Shown here piece after piece: positions 24,037 through 33,155 of a DNA stretch of 64,000 nucleotides. The position numbers and the translations under genes were made by a program. Position 1 is the first letter of the stretch; each line of letters opens with the position of its first letter. The stretch covers positions 1 through 64,000 of the forward strand of contig JAYZFK010000005.1 in assembly GCA_036336835.1 (NCBI GenBank). Reading direction: 5' to 3'. The stretch comes from Myxococcota bacterium (GTDB lineage: Bacteria > Myxococcota_A > UBA9160 > UBA4427). The notes under the pieces were generated by a model, which saw nothing but the letters and a program-made list of their open reading frames with translations, was not told the origin of the DNA and made no database searches.

Positions 24037-26256
24037 TCAAGCTCGACGCCCCAGCCAGTCGAGCAGCGCGCACACATCCCGGCCATCGGACAATCGGTGC
24101 AGTGCGGCCGTTGCGGTCTCTGCCGAGCCTACGCGGAAGGTGCTCGCCAGGCCGACCAGAAAGCGGAAGGCGTCTTCGTCGGTGTGATCGTCGCCGACGT
24201 AGATCACGCGCACTCGCTCGCTCCAGTCGGGGCCATAGCGTGCACGGAGAATGTGGAGCACCGCGCGCCCCTTGTCCCAGCCGATCGGCGGGCGTCCCTC
24301 GACTGCCGCATGGCCCGGACGCGCCTGGAAGCCCGCCCGCTCGATCAGCCGCTGCGCCTGGGCGAGCAGCGCTCGGCGCTCATCGAGCGGAACCCGTCGC
24401 ACATGGAAGGTGAGAGTCGGACCCTTTGCCTCGATCCAGGCACCACTGCGCGCAATCTCCTTGAGAGCGCTCGCGAGCGTGGCAGTGCGCTTCTCGTAAT
24501 GGACCAGGTCCTCGTGGCGGAACCGGACGCCGGGTCCGTCGATCTCGAGACCGTGGTTGCCGGCGTAGGTGACCCCCTCGCATCCGACCATGCCGCGCAC
24601 GTCGGCAAGACTCCGTCCCGACACGATCGCGACGTCGGTCTCGTCGTGCGCGACGCAGCGTTCGAAAGTGTCGCGCATTCGCGCGTTCATCACCGCGTCA
24701 CGCGGATGCTCGCGGATCGGCGCCAGTGTCCCATCGTAGTCGAGGAAGAGAGCGAGGCGGCGGCGGCGGCGGAGGTAGTCTCCCAGCCACTCCTCGATGT
24801 CGTGATCGCCGATCGGCTCCGCCGGGACGGGCTCGCGCGCCGACGCATCGAGGAAGCTCTCGACCCAGGCGTGGACGTCCATGCGCCGCTCGCGCTTGCG
24901 CAGCCGATCCATGCGTTCGCGGCGACGCGGCTCTTCCATCTCGAGCGCGTCGTGAATCGTTTGCGCGACGGAGTCGAGGTGATAGGGGTTTACTTTCGAG
25001 GCTTCTCGCATCGTCTCGGCGGCACCGGCGAGCGTCGAGAGTACGAGCACGCCCGGGTCACCGACCTGCGACGCGACGTACTCCTTGGCAACGAGATTCA
25101 TTCCGTCGCGCAACGGTGTGACGAGCGCCACTGCAGCATCGCGATACAACGCCGCCAGTCGAGGCTTTGGCACGGACTGGTGCAGGTAGCGGATCGGCGA
25201 CCAGCGGCTGCTCGCGAAACGTCCGTTCACCTGGCCGACGAGCTCGTCGATCTCGCGTTTGAGAGCCTGGTACTCGCTCACCTCGCTCCGGCTCGGTACG
25301 GCGATCTGCAGGAGCGCCACCTTCTCGCGATGTTCGGGGTGGCGCTCGAGCAGACGTTCGAAGGCGCGGATGCGCTCTGGAATCCCCTTGGTGTAGTCGA
25401 GTCGGTCGACCCCGAGCACCAGCCGCTCGCGCTCGGTTTCGGGCTGCGCGTCTGCCTGTCTCGCGAGCGACTCGAACTCGTCGAAATCGATGCCGACCGG
25501 GAACACGCCGACCTGCACGGCGCGATCGCCGTGATGGACGACGAGCTGATCGCGGTCGACACGCTCGTGCAACAGACGCTCGACACAGTCGAGGAAGTTG
25601 GTCGCGTACCCGGCGACGTGGAAGCCGATCACATCGCACGCGAGAAGGCCGCGCAGCAGCTCCTCGGCCCAGGGCAGCAGCCGGAACAGGTCATAGGGTG
25701 GAAACGGGATGTGCAGGAAGAAGGCAAGGTGAGCGCGAGGCCGCAGCTGGCGCAGCGACTCACCGACGACGAGCAGGTGATAGTCGTGGATCCAGACGAG
25801 TTCGGCCTCGCCGAGACCGTCCGCGATGGCGCTGGAGAAGCGCTCGTTGACCGAGGTGTACCCGACGAAGTCGTCGGGCTCGAACGACGCGCGCTGGGGC
25901 ATCGAGTGGAAGAGAGGCCAGATCGTCGCATTCGAGAACCCGTGGTAGTGGAGGTCGGTGTCCTCGGACGACACCCGTACGGGTCGCACGTGATAGGGCT
26001 GAGCCAGGTCGGGGAGCTTCTCGTCCGGGGCGAGTTCGAGTCCCGGCCAACCGACCCAGGTGCCGCCGCGGCGCCGCAGCACCGGCTCGAGGGCCGATAC
26101 CAGGCCGCCGGACGACCGACGCGAGACCAGTCGGCCATCGGCATCGCGATCGAACGTGAACGGCAGGCGGTTGCTCGCGATCACGATCGGCGACGCCTTC
26201 GTGTCTCGCTCACTCGCTGCAGCGCCTACGCGGGTGTCTGCTTCAGCCACGCTCAC
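24037..26256 (-). CDS. otsAB: Bifunctional trehalose-6-phosphate synthase/phosphatase
   Basis: SNRLP, GGLVSAL, WIHDYHL, FLHIPFP, DRLDYTKG, DGMNLVAKE; HAD domain DYDGTL...GDDHTDED. Confidence 0.93.
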   Translation of the reverse strand: MSVAEADTRVGAAASERDTKASPIVIASNRLPFTFDRDADGRLVSRRSSGGLVSALEPVLRRRGGTWVGWPGLELAPDEKLPDLAQPYHVRPVRVSSEDTDLHYHGFSNATIWPLFHSMPQRASFEPDDFVGYTSVNERFSSAIADGLGEAELVWIHDYHLLVVGESLRQLRPRAHLAFFLHIPFPPYDLFRLLPWAEELLRGLLACDVIGFHVAGYATNFLDCVERLLHERVDRDQLVVHHGDRAVQVGVFPVGIDFDEFESLARQADAQPETERERLVLGVDRLDYTKGIPERIRAFERLLERHPEHREKVALLQIAVPSRSEVSEYQALKREIDELVGQVNGRFASSRWSPIRYLHQSVPKPRLAALYRDAAVALVTPLRDGMNLVAKEYVASQVGDPGVLVLSTLAGAAETMREASKVNPYHLDSVAQTIHDALEMEEPRRRERMDRLRKRERRMDVHAWVESFLDASAREPVPAEPIGDHDIEEWLGDYLRRRRRLALFLDYDGTLAPIREHPRDAVMNARMRDTFERCVAHDETDVAIVSGRSLADVRGMVGCEGVTYAGNHGLEIDGPGVRFRHEDLVHYEKRTATLASALKEIARSGAWIEAKGPTLTFHVRRVPLDERRALLAQAQRLIERAGFQARPGHAAVEGRPPIGWDKGRAVLHILRARYGPDWSERVRVIYVGDDHTDEDAFRFLVGLASTFRVGSAETATAALHRLSDGRDVCALLDWLGRRA

Positions 26257-26318
26257 CCCCAGGTGTCGATCAGCCCGCGGAGTGTATCGCGGCCGAGCCG
26301 CTACCCTAGTGCCCGGGG

Positions 26319-27017
26319 GTGCGCGTGGATCAGCTCACGCTGGGACTCATCCTGTACGTGGTCTTCCTGTTCTCGGTGACGCTTCACGAAGCCGGTCACG
26401 CGTGGGCGGCGTTGCGGGGCGGAGACCCGACGGCGTATGCCGGCGGCCAGGTGACTCTCGATCCTCGACCTCACATCCGGCGCGAGCCGTTCGGAACCGT
26501 GCTGGTCCCGCTGCTCGGAATCGCGATGAGCGGCTTCCCGATCGGCTGGGCGAGCACACCCTACGATCCCAGGTGGGCCTATGCTTTTCCGAGGCGCGCG
26601 GCCTGGATGGCTCTCGCCGGCCCGGCGGCCAACCTGTTGCTGATGCTACTGGCGGCACTGCTGATCCGGAGCGGAATCAGTGCAGGCGTGTTCCTGCCCG
26701 GCTACGTCTCGGTGAGCGAGCTGGTCGTCGCGGCCCCCGGGGCGGGTGCGGTGACCACCGGAATCGCGATGCTGGTGAGCGGGCTGTACGCGATGAACCT
26801 GTTGCTGCTGGTCCTGAACCTGATTCCGATCCCGCCGCTCGACGGGAGTGCGGCGATCGGACTGATCCTGCCCGAGGGGACGGTTCGGCGACTGCAGATC
26901 GCAATGAACCAATCGGGTCTCGCGCTCATCGGACTCCTGATCGCGTTCGTTGTGATCCGGGAGGCCTTCTGGCCGATTTTCGTGGCGACGCTGGGCCTGC
27001 TGTTCACGGGCTTGTGA
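26319..27017 (+). CDS. Site-2 protease family (M50) membrane metalloprotease
   Basis: HEAGH, GDPT, AGPAAN, NLIPIPPLDG. Confidence 0.9.
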   Translation: MRVDQLTLGLILYVVFLFSVTLHEAGHAWAALRGGDPTAYAGGQVTLDPRPHIRREPFGTVLVPLLGIAMSGFPIGWASTPYDPRWAYAFPRRAAWMALAGPAANLLLMLLAALLIRSGISAGVFLPGYVSVSELVVAAPGAGAVTTGIAMLVSGLYAMNLLLLVLNLIPIPPLDGSAAIGLILPEGTVRRLQIAMNQSGLALIGLLIAFVVIREAFWPIFVATLGLLFTGL

Positions 27018-28474
27018 TGCGCGACGCCAGGATCCGGGCGATCTGGGCGATTCTCGCCCTGTGCGCGTGTGGCGCTCCAGAGGTCCCCAATGAGCCCGCT
27101 CCGACGACCGAGGGCCCGGGGCCGCGCCCGCCGGTCGTGCTGATCACGATCGAATCGCTGCGCACCGATCACGTCGGTGCCTACGGAGGCAGCAGTCGCA
27201 CCCAGCCCGCGGTCGCGATCACGCCGACGCTCGATGCCCTGGCTCGGGAAGCGGTCGTCTATGAACGAGCACACTCGGTCACCAGCTGGACGCTGTCGTC
27301 GCATGCGAGTCTCTTCACCGGGCTGTATCCGACAGCGCATCAGACACGCCAACCGATGGCACGGCTAGGGGCGGATTACACGACGCTGGCCGAGCGGTTG
27401 TCCGAGGTGGGCTACCAGACTGCGGCGGTGGTGAGCGGCCCGTACCTGCGCAACGCGTACAACCTGACACAGGGCTTCGATCGGGTCGACGAATCGAGCG
27501 CGAACCCGATACAGCCGCGGGCGCACCAGGACATCACGAACCCCGGCATGGAGGCGGGCCTGATCCGGTTCATCGAGCGCGAGCGCGACCCAGACCGTCC
27601 GTTCTTCCTGTTTGCCTACTTCTGGGATCCGCACTTCGATTTTCTGCCACCGGAGCCGTACGCCAGCATGTTCCTCGACGACGACAGCGAGCAGATCGAC
27701 GTGCGCAACTTCGATACCGGGAACGCGATCCATCCGGGGATCTCGACCGCCGAGCTCGAATTCGTGATCGCGCAATACGACGGAGAGATCCGGGCCACCG
27801 ACGAGCTACTCGGACGCTTCTTCGGCTTGTTGCGGCAAAGGGGGTTGTGGAGCGATTCGCTCGTGATCGTGACAGCCGACCACGGCGAGGAGTTCTTCGA
27901 CCACGGTGAGAAGGGGCACAAGAAGAACCTGCACGCCGAGACAGTCCGGGTTCCGTTACTCGTGAAGTACCCGAAGGGTCGGGGGGGCAGGCCCGGTAGC
28001 CGCGACGAACGGCTGGTGAGTCTGGTGGACGTGGCGCCGACCGTACTCGAGTTCGCCGGCGCCGCGCCCGCCGAGCCAGTCCACGGACGATCCTTGCTGT
28101 CCGAGCCCGACGCGGACCGCGCGATCTTCTTCGAGCTGCTCTCGAGCTGGTACGTGAGGCGAGCCGGCAAGACCATCGCAGAGATCGAGGACTGGTCCGG
28201 CATCCGAGTCGGGGATCGTAAACTCCTGAAGCACCGTGGCAAGATCAGCTACTTCGATCTCGCCACCGACCCGACCGAGCAGAACGATCTCTCGGCACAG
28301 CGTCGCGAAGACGTCGAGGTCCTCTCCGCCCTCCTGGCCGATCAACGACAGCAGTCCGTGCAGGACGCGGCCCGGTTCGAGCACGGAGGCACCGCCGACC
28401 TCGAAGCCGAGGCCACCGAGCAACTCTGCGCCCTGGGCTATCTGCGCTGCCCGGACTCGGAGTCGAGCGATTGA
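27017..28474 (+). CDS. Sulfatase-like hydrolase/transferase lipoprotein
   Basis: ATG overlaps upstream TGA; VLITIESLRTDH, WTLSSHASLFTG, DPHFDF, ADHGEEF, FDLATDPTE, LCALGY. Confidence 0.87.
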   Translation: MRDARIRAIWAILALCACGAPEVPNEPAPTTEGPGPRPPVVLITIESLRTDHVGAYGGSSRTQPAVAITPTLDALAREAVVYERAHSVTSWTLSSHASLFTGLYPTAHQTRQPMARLGADYTTLAERLSEVGYQTAAVVSGPYLRNAYNLTQGFDRVDESSANPIQPRAHQDITNPGMEAGLIRFIERERDPDRPFFLFAYFWDPHFDFLPPEPYASMFLDDDSEQIDVRNFDTGNAIHPGISTAELEFVIAQYDGEIRATDELLGRFFGLLRQRGLWSDSLVIVTADHGEEFFDHGEKGHKKNLHAETVRVPLLVKYPKGRGGRPGSRDERLVSLVDVAPTVLEFAGAAPAEPVHGRSLLSEPDADRAIFFELLSSWYVRRAGKTIAEIEDWSGIRVGDRKLLKHRGKISYFDLATDPTEQNDLSAQRREDVEVLSALLADQRQQSVQDAARFEHGGTADLEAEATEQLCALGYLRCPDSESSD

Positions 28475-28507
28475 CGCGTTCTCCAGCTGCCGTCTCCACC
28501 GGATTGG

Positions 28508-29224
28508 CTACGGCGCTGTGATCTCCGGACCCCCGACCGCCACGGACTCCACCCCGACCGGTGCGCTTTCGAGCTCGAGGAAGATGGCTTCACCGAGCGG
28601 CGAGAAGGTCTGGGCGTCGATCCCGAGCGGCGTTGCGACCTCGATCACGCCGACGGCGTTGACGTAGCCAAGCTCCGAGTCGTAGCGCACGGCCTCGACC
28701 GGCCGACAGCCGACGCCCGACACCTCGCTCGGGTCGCAGTGACGAAACACCCAGTTGCCGAGCACGCGGCGCGCCGGCAGGAAGCCGGCCTGTTCGCGAG
28801 TGCTCATTCGGGCGCGGACGTGGGCACTGGTAACCGAGCGCACGAAGCCCCAGTCGATCTGTTGGACGATGCTGCCCTGGAACCGCGCGTCGAGAACGTG
28901 ACCACTCTGGACGTCGAACAGCCAGACGAAGTCGCTGAAGCCGCCGGGGTCGGGCGCGTCATCACCGAACAGGTGTCGCGCCACACTCGAGCCATCGATC
29001 ACGACGCGAGCGAGGTCGGTACCGGCTGGCTCGATCCGGGCGAGGAGCGGTGGACCATAGCTGCGGTCGAGCAACGCGGGCTCGTTGCGCGGCGAGTTCT
29101 CGAAGTGCACGATGACTGGGCGCGGAGTCGGATCATTGAGACGCATCGGCTCGGCGCGAACCGGCGAGACGGCGACTCCAACCGTGAGAGCGAGAGCCGC
29201 GATAGCGGAGGGCAGCGGCAACAT
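28508..29224 (-). CDS. Secreted protein of unknown function
   Basis: Signal peptide ending VRA; coherent ~215 aa mature region with one Cys pair; no family recognised; start inferred. Confidence 0.65.
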   Translation of the reverse strand: MLPLPSAIAALALTVGVAVSPVRAEPMRLNDPTPRPVIVHFENSPRNEPALLDRSYGPPLLARIEPAGTDLARVVIDGSSVARHLFGDDAPDPGGFSDFVWLFDVQSGHVLDARFQGSIVQQIDWGFVRSVTSAHVRARMSTREQAGFLPARRVLGNWVFRHCDPSEVSGVGCRPVEAVRYDSELGYVNAVGVIEVATPLGIDAQTFSPLGEAIFLELESAPVGVESVAVGGPEITAP

Positions 29225-29241
29225 TCCGAGGGGGATTCGGG

Positions 29242-29257
29242 TGCAAACGCGGTACCA
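29242..29257 (-). promoter_or_regulatory. Candidate sigma-54 (-24/-12) promoter
   Basis: Minus strand TGGTACCGCGTTTGCA = TGG-N10-GC ending TTGCA. Confidence 0.6.
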
Positions 29258-29353
29258 CGTGCAAGCGAGGCGCAGCTTGATAGCCGCAGGCGCGTTCTCG
29301 ATTGCACGGACGGCAGCCGATGCACAGTCCTCACGCCGGATCGAACCGCGGGG

Positions 29354-29371
29354 GTGGAGAAGTTCTTCCAC
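29354..29371. promoter_or_regulatory. Palindrome GTGGAGAAGTTCTTCCAC, candidate enhancer site
   Basis: GTGGA-N8-TCCAC, same spacing as the GGAA-N6-TTCC boxes, about 100 bp upstream of the -24 element. Confidence 0.55.
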
Positions 29372-29424
29372 ATTTGGGTGGCATCATCCGAGCTGCTCTC
29401 GGGTCGATGGCGAGGATCAGGGCG

Positions 29425-30180
29425 ATGTCGATGGCGGACGAGGTCTCGAGGCGACTTACCGGGCTCTACGGAGAGGACCCGGCCACGGCTCGGGGGGTGC
29501 TGCACGTGACCGCAACCTGGCGCGCTCCCGACATGACGCTGCGCGTCATCAGGGTCGGACCCGAGTCGCCGCGCAGTGACAGCGACGGGTTCGCGCTGCG
29601 AGCCGCGCGGATGCGCGCCGACGCGCTCCTGACCACTGGCAAGATCCTGCGCGACGAGCCCGACGTTCGACACCTCGAACGCGACGAGGCGCTGCTGGCG
29701 TGGCGCCGCGAGCGAGTGGGACGCAGAGCCCAACCGCGCACAGTCGTGCTGACTTCGGGACGTGAGCTCGACCTCGGCCACCCGCTGCTGCGTACCGCAC
29801 ACGAACCGCTGATCGTGACGGGCGAGGACGGGGCCGCCGCGCTCGAGCGCGCAGCACTCGCGAGCGCGCCGCGTGTGAGCATCGTGGTGCGGAGTGCACC
29901 CGGAATCCGCGACACGGTCGCGCTGCTGCGCGAGCGTGGTTGCGAGTCGATCCTGATCGAGGCCGGGCCGACCACCGCAGCCGCGCTCTACGATGAGCCC
30001 GTGCTGGTGGACGAGCTATTGCTCTCGGTCTACCAAGCACCGTCGATCGCGGAGGAGCTGGTCGGACCGGTCTTCGTGTCGCCGACCCGGCTCGCGACTC
30101 TGTTCGCGCGTCGCAGCGACCCGGTTCGGATCGACGAACCGAGCGGGAGCTGGTCGTTCAGCCGCTGGGTGCGTCGTTAG
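29425..30180 (+). CDS. RibD C-terminal / dihydrofolate reductase-fold protein
   Basis: R..ADALLTTG..LRDEP, P..VVLT.G, ILIEAGPT, LVDEL.L; start uncertain. Confidence 0.75.
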   Translation: MSMADEVSRRLTGLYGEDPATARGVLHVTATWRAPDMTLRVIRVGPESPRSDSDGFALRAARMRADALLTTGKILRDEPDVRHLERDEALLAWRRERVGRRAQPRTVVLTSGRELDLGHPLLRTAHEPLIVTGEDGAAALERAALASAPRVSIVVRSAPGIRDTVALLRERGCESILIEAGPTTAAALYDEPVLVDELLLSVYQAPSIAEELVGPVFVSPTRLATLFARRSDPVRIDEPSGSWSFSRWVRR

Positions 30181-31645
30181 CCTCGCCGAGCAGCAGCGGA
30201 GCCATCTCCGGCCCGAGATCGCCGGTGTAGCGCGCGACCCGCTCGGCGCTGCAGCGACGCTTCTCACAGAACAGCTCGGCGAAGACGTCGGCCGCGATCT
30301 GGGCCGACATCTTCCACCACAGGTGGCCGTGCGCCTGCAGGACCGCCACCGCCACGCGCGGGTCCTCCGCGGGCGCTGTACCGGCAAACCACTCGTAGCG
30401 AGCGTGCGGGGCGCTTCCCGTGAGGTTTCCGGTCTTGCCGGCGACGCGCACATGACCGAGACGCGGGCCGCGCGGCGTGCGGAAGGCGGCGCGCGCCGTG
30501 CCGTTCGTGGTGGTGTGTACCAGCATCCGGCGAACCTCGTCGGCGGTCTCCTGCTGCATCACGCGATGACGCCCGCCGCGCGGGGGAAGCAACAGCTCGC
30601 GTCCGCGCGTATCGACCACTCGATCGATCCACCAGGGATCGACCAGCTCGCCGGACCCCAACGAGCCAGCGAGCTGGGCCGCGTACAGCGCGGTGATCCG
30701 CGAGTTCGCGAGACCCGCGCCGAGCTTTCCGAGGCCGTAGTCGCCCTCGCCGCGGTCGATCAGCCCGCGACTGTGCCCCGGCGCGGGCGACACGTGCCAA
30801 CGAAAGCGCGCGAAGGCGCGCTGCATCTCCGAGTCCCCGAGCGCGTGCACAGCGAGCTGCGCGAAGCACTGGTTGTAGGAGCGAGCGAGCGCCCTCTCCA
30901 GCGTCGCCTGGTGTCCGCCGCGCGCCGGATGGACTCGCGCCTTGTTCAGCCGATAGGGATCACCGCGATACCGGCACGGCTGCATTGCGCGTTGGCGGTC
31001 GCGCTCGAGCGATGCCGCGACCGTCACGACCTTGGCGAGCGACGCGGCGGGATAGGCGGCACTCGGTGGCAGCGCCTTCGGGTCGACCGAGGCGTACGCC
31101 ATCACGCGACCAGTGCGCACGTCGAGCACGACGACGTGCCCGCGCTTCACCCGGGCACGTCGAAGTAGCGCGAACACGCGCTCGCCGAGCTCGGCATCGA
31201 GTGCGTACTCGATGCGAAGTGGTCCAGCGAAGCCGGCCGGTGCCTCCACCCACTCGACGAAGCGCGGAGCAGCGCCGGGATCGACCGGGGCGCGCAGCGG
31301 GCGCGCAGCGCTGGCGGCGCCAGCGGACTGCGACGAACCGGTGCGCTCCAACTCCAGCACCTTGCTCGAGTTGGGAAGCCTGGCGAGCAGCTCTTCGGGC
31401 ACCGGCCGGGGCGGCCCGTGCTGCTCCGCATCGTCGGCGATCCGATCGGAGATCTGGCCGAGCAGCGGTGCTCCGACCGGAATCGCGAGACCGGCGAGCA
31501 GACCGGCCGACGCAACACCGACCGCCAGCGTCACCCAGCCTCGCCGGCTCAGCGCACGCCGACGCGGCCGGCGCGCGGGCGCGAGGCCCAGGCGCGCGCG
31601 CGCAGCGTCGTCGGTATCGCGACCTTCCTCAGCCCTTCGGCGCAC
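30158..31645 (-). CDS. Penicillin-binding transpeptidase domain protein
   Basis: N-terminal TM; SLAK (SxxK), SYN (SxN), KTG triad; AGGAG RBS. Confidence 0.85.
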   Translation of the reverse strand: MRRRAEEGRDTDDAARARLGLAPARRPRRRALSRRGWVTLAVGVASAGLLAGLAIPVGAPLLGQISDRIADDAEQHGPPRPVPEELLARLPNSSKVLELERTGSSQSAGAASAARPLRAPVDPGAAPRFVEWVEAPAGFAGPLRIEYALDAELGERVFALLRRARVKRGHVVVLDVRTGRVMAYASVDPKALPPSAAYPAASLAKVVTVAASLERDRQRAMQPCRYRGDPYRLNKARVHPARGGHQATLERALARSYNQCFAQLAVHALGDSEMQRAFARFRWHVSPAPGHSRGLIDRGEGDYGLGKLGAGLANSRITALYAAQLAGSLGSGELVDPWWIDRVVDTRGRELLLPPRGGRHRVMQQETADEVRRMLVHTTTNGTARAAFRTPRGPRLGHVRVAGKTGNLTGSAPHARYEWFAGTAPAEDPRVAVAVLQAHGHLWWKMSAQIAADVFAELFCEKRRCSAERVARYTGDLGPEMAPLLLGEANDAPSG

Positions 31646-31693
31646 CGGCTCCTCTCCTGGTCGGCTCGTAATGTTCCCGAGGGGCTCGATCGA

Positions 31694-32251
31694 TCAGAGC
31701 GCGACGACCTGCTGGACCTCGGGGAGCTCTTCTTTGAGCCGCGACTCGATCCCCATCTTGAGGGTGATCGTCGAACTCGGGCAGCCCGCGCAGGCGCCTT
31801 GAAGATAGACCTCGACGACGCCATCCCGAAAGCCGGCGAAGGTGATCTCGCCGCCATCCTGTGCGACGTACGGGCGGATTTCGTCCTCGAGGATCTGCTT
31901 GATGCGCGTCACCACCTCGTCCTGCTCGCCCTCGTCCGGCGGCCGGTACTCGGGACCGAGCGCTGGCTCGCCGCTGGCGGCCCAGGCCTTGATCGCCGCC
32001 ACGATCGGCGGCGCGAGTTCCGTCCACTCTGCGGCGTCGTTCTTGGTGACCGTCAGAAAGCTCGCGCCCAGGAAGACACCCTCGACCCCGTGGATGCGAA
32101 ACAGCGACCCGGCCAGCGCAGACTCCTCAGGCAGCGGCGGCTGGACGAAGTGCGCGCCGGAGCCGCCCTCGACCAGGGTCGACCCCAGCACCCACTTGAT
32201 GCTGTTGGGATTCGGGGTGCGCTCGGCGTGCATGCGGAAGCCGAGATCCAT
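31694..32251 (-). CDS. NifU/Nfu-type Fe-S cluster carrier (Nfu_N + NifU C domains)
   Basis: TPNPNSIKW; IRPYVAQDGG, GACAGCPSS..TLKMGIE. Confidence 0.9.
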   Translation of the reverse strand: MDLGFRMHAERTPNPNSIKWVLGSTLVEGGSGAHFVQPPLPEESALAGSLFRIHGVEGVFLGASFLTVTKNDAAEWTELAPPIVAAIKAWAASGEPALGPEYRPPDEGEQDEVVTRIKQILEDEIRPYVAQDGGEITFAGFRDGVVEVYLQGACAGCPSSTITLKMGIESRLKEELPEVQQVVAL

Positions 32252-32292
32252 GACCAGCTCCTCGTAGCAGGGAGCACCAAGGGTAGCCCGCC

Positions 32293-33096
32293 TCAGTCGA
32301 AGAGCACGTGTTCGGCGTCACCGAGGCTACAGACGTCGAAGCCGCGCGCGCGGGCCCGCTCGTGCTCCCGTGGTCCGTTGTAGCCCCAGGCGGCAAGCAC
32401 ACAGCGCACGCCCAGCGAGGCCACATCTTCGAGGTGATTCACCTTGTCGTCGACGAAGCCGATCAGCTCGTACGGCACAGTCGTACGCCGTTGCAGCTCC
32501 TCGAGGTGGGCGCGCTTGCTGACCCCCGTCTCCTTGTCGAGCACGCGGCGGTTCGCAAACAGATCGGTGATTCCGTAGCTGTCGAGCAGACGTTCGACCG
32601 AGGCGCGATCCTTGGCCGTCGCGATCGCGAGCACTCGATCCCGGGCGCGCCTGCGCAAAATCGCCAGGAACTCGGGGTAGGGGCCCAGCAGTCCGTGCCA
32701 GGTGTCGCTGTCGGCTTCGGCGAAGGCCGTGCGTTCGAGATAGAACCGCGAGTGAAAGGCGGCGAGGAACTCGGGATCGTTCGCCTCGATCTCGCACTTG
32801 AAGGCATCGTAGTCGGCCTGGTCGCAAAGCGACCTTCCGGACTCGAGCGCAGCGAGCTCGACTCCGAAGTCCTCGGCACGGTTGCCAAGCGGCATGAAGT
32901 CGACGTACTCCGCGTACAAGGGCAACGCCGTAACGAGATCGCGGTCGAGACCCCCTGGCGCGTGCTCGAGCGCAGACAGATGGCTCGCCAGCGGGCTCCC
33001 GCCGCGCAGCCCAACATACGCGCGGAGCGCGACCACGAAAGCTTCGGGAGCGCTGTCGGAGATCACCCCATCGAAGTCGAGCGCAAGGACCTGCAC
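32293..33096 (-). CDS. HAD family hydrolase
   Basis: LALDFDGVISDS (DxD), IATAK, FVDD, WGYN. Confidence 0.82.
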   Translation of the reverse strand: MQVLALDFDGVISDSAPEAFVVALRAYVGLRGGSPLASHLSALEHAPGGLDRDLVTALPLYAEYVDFMPLGNRAEDFGVELAALESGRSLCDQADYDAFKCEIEANDPEFLAAFHSRFYLERTAFAEADSDTWHGLLGPYPEFLAILRRRARDRVLAIATAKDRASVERLLDSYGITDLFANRRVLDKETGVSKRAHLEELQRRTTVPYELIGFVDDKVNHLEDVASLGVRCVLAAWGYNGPREHERARARGFDVCSLGDAEHVLFD

Positions 33097-33155
33097 GGCC
33101 GGCGAAGCTAGCAGGGATGGTCGGCAAGGGTGCGCGCCGGGGTAGACTGCGTGCC

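Noticed and set aside
24037..26256. OtsA-OtsB fusion as a novelty
   Set aside because: Bifunctional TPS/TPP fusions are well known in several bacterial groups and eukaryotes
23125..26379. 1084-aa plus-strand ORF
   Set aside because: Off-frame and antisense shadow of the citrate synthase-like and otsAB genes, with no motifs of its own
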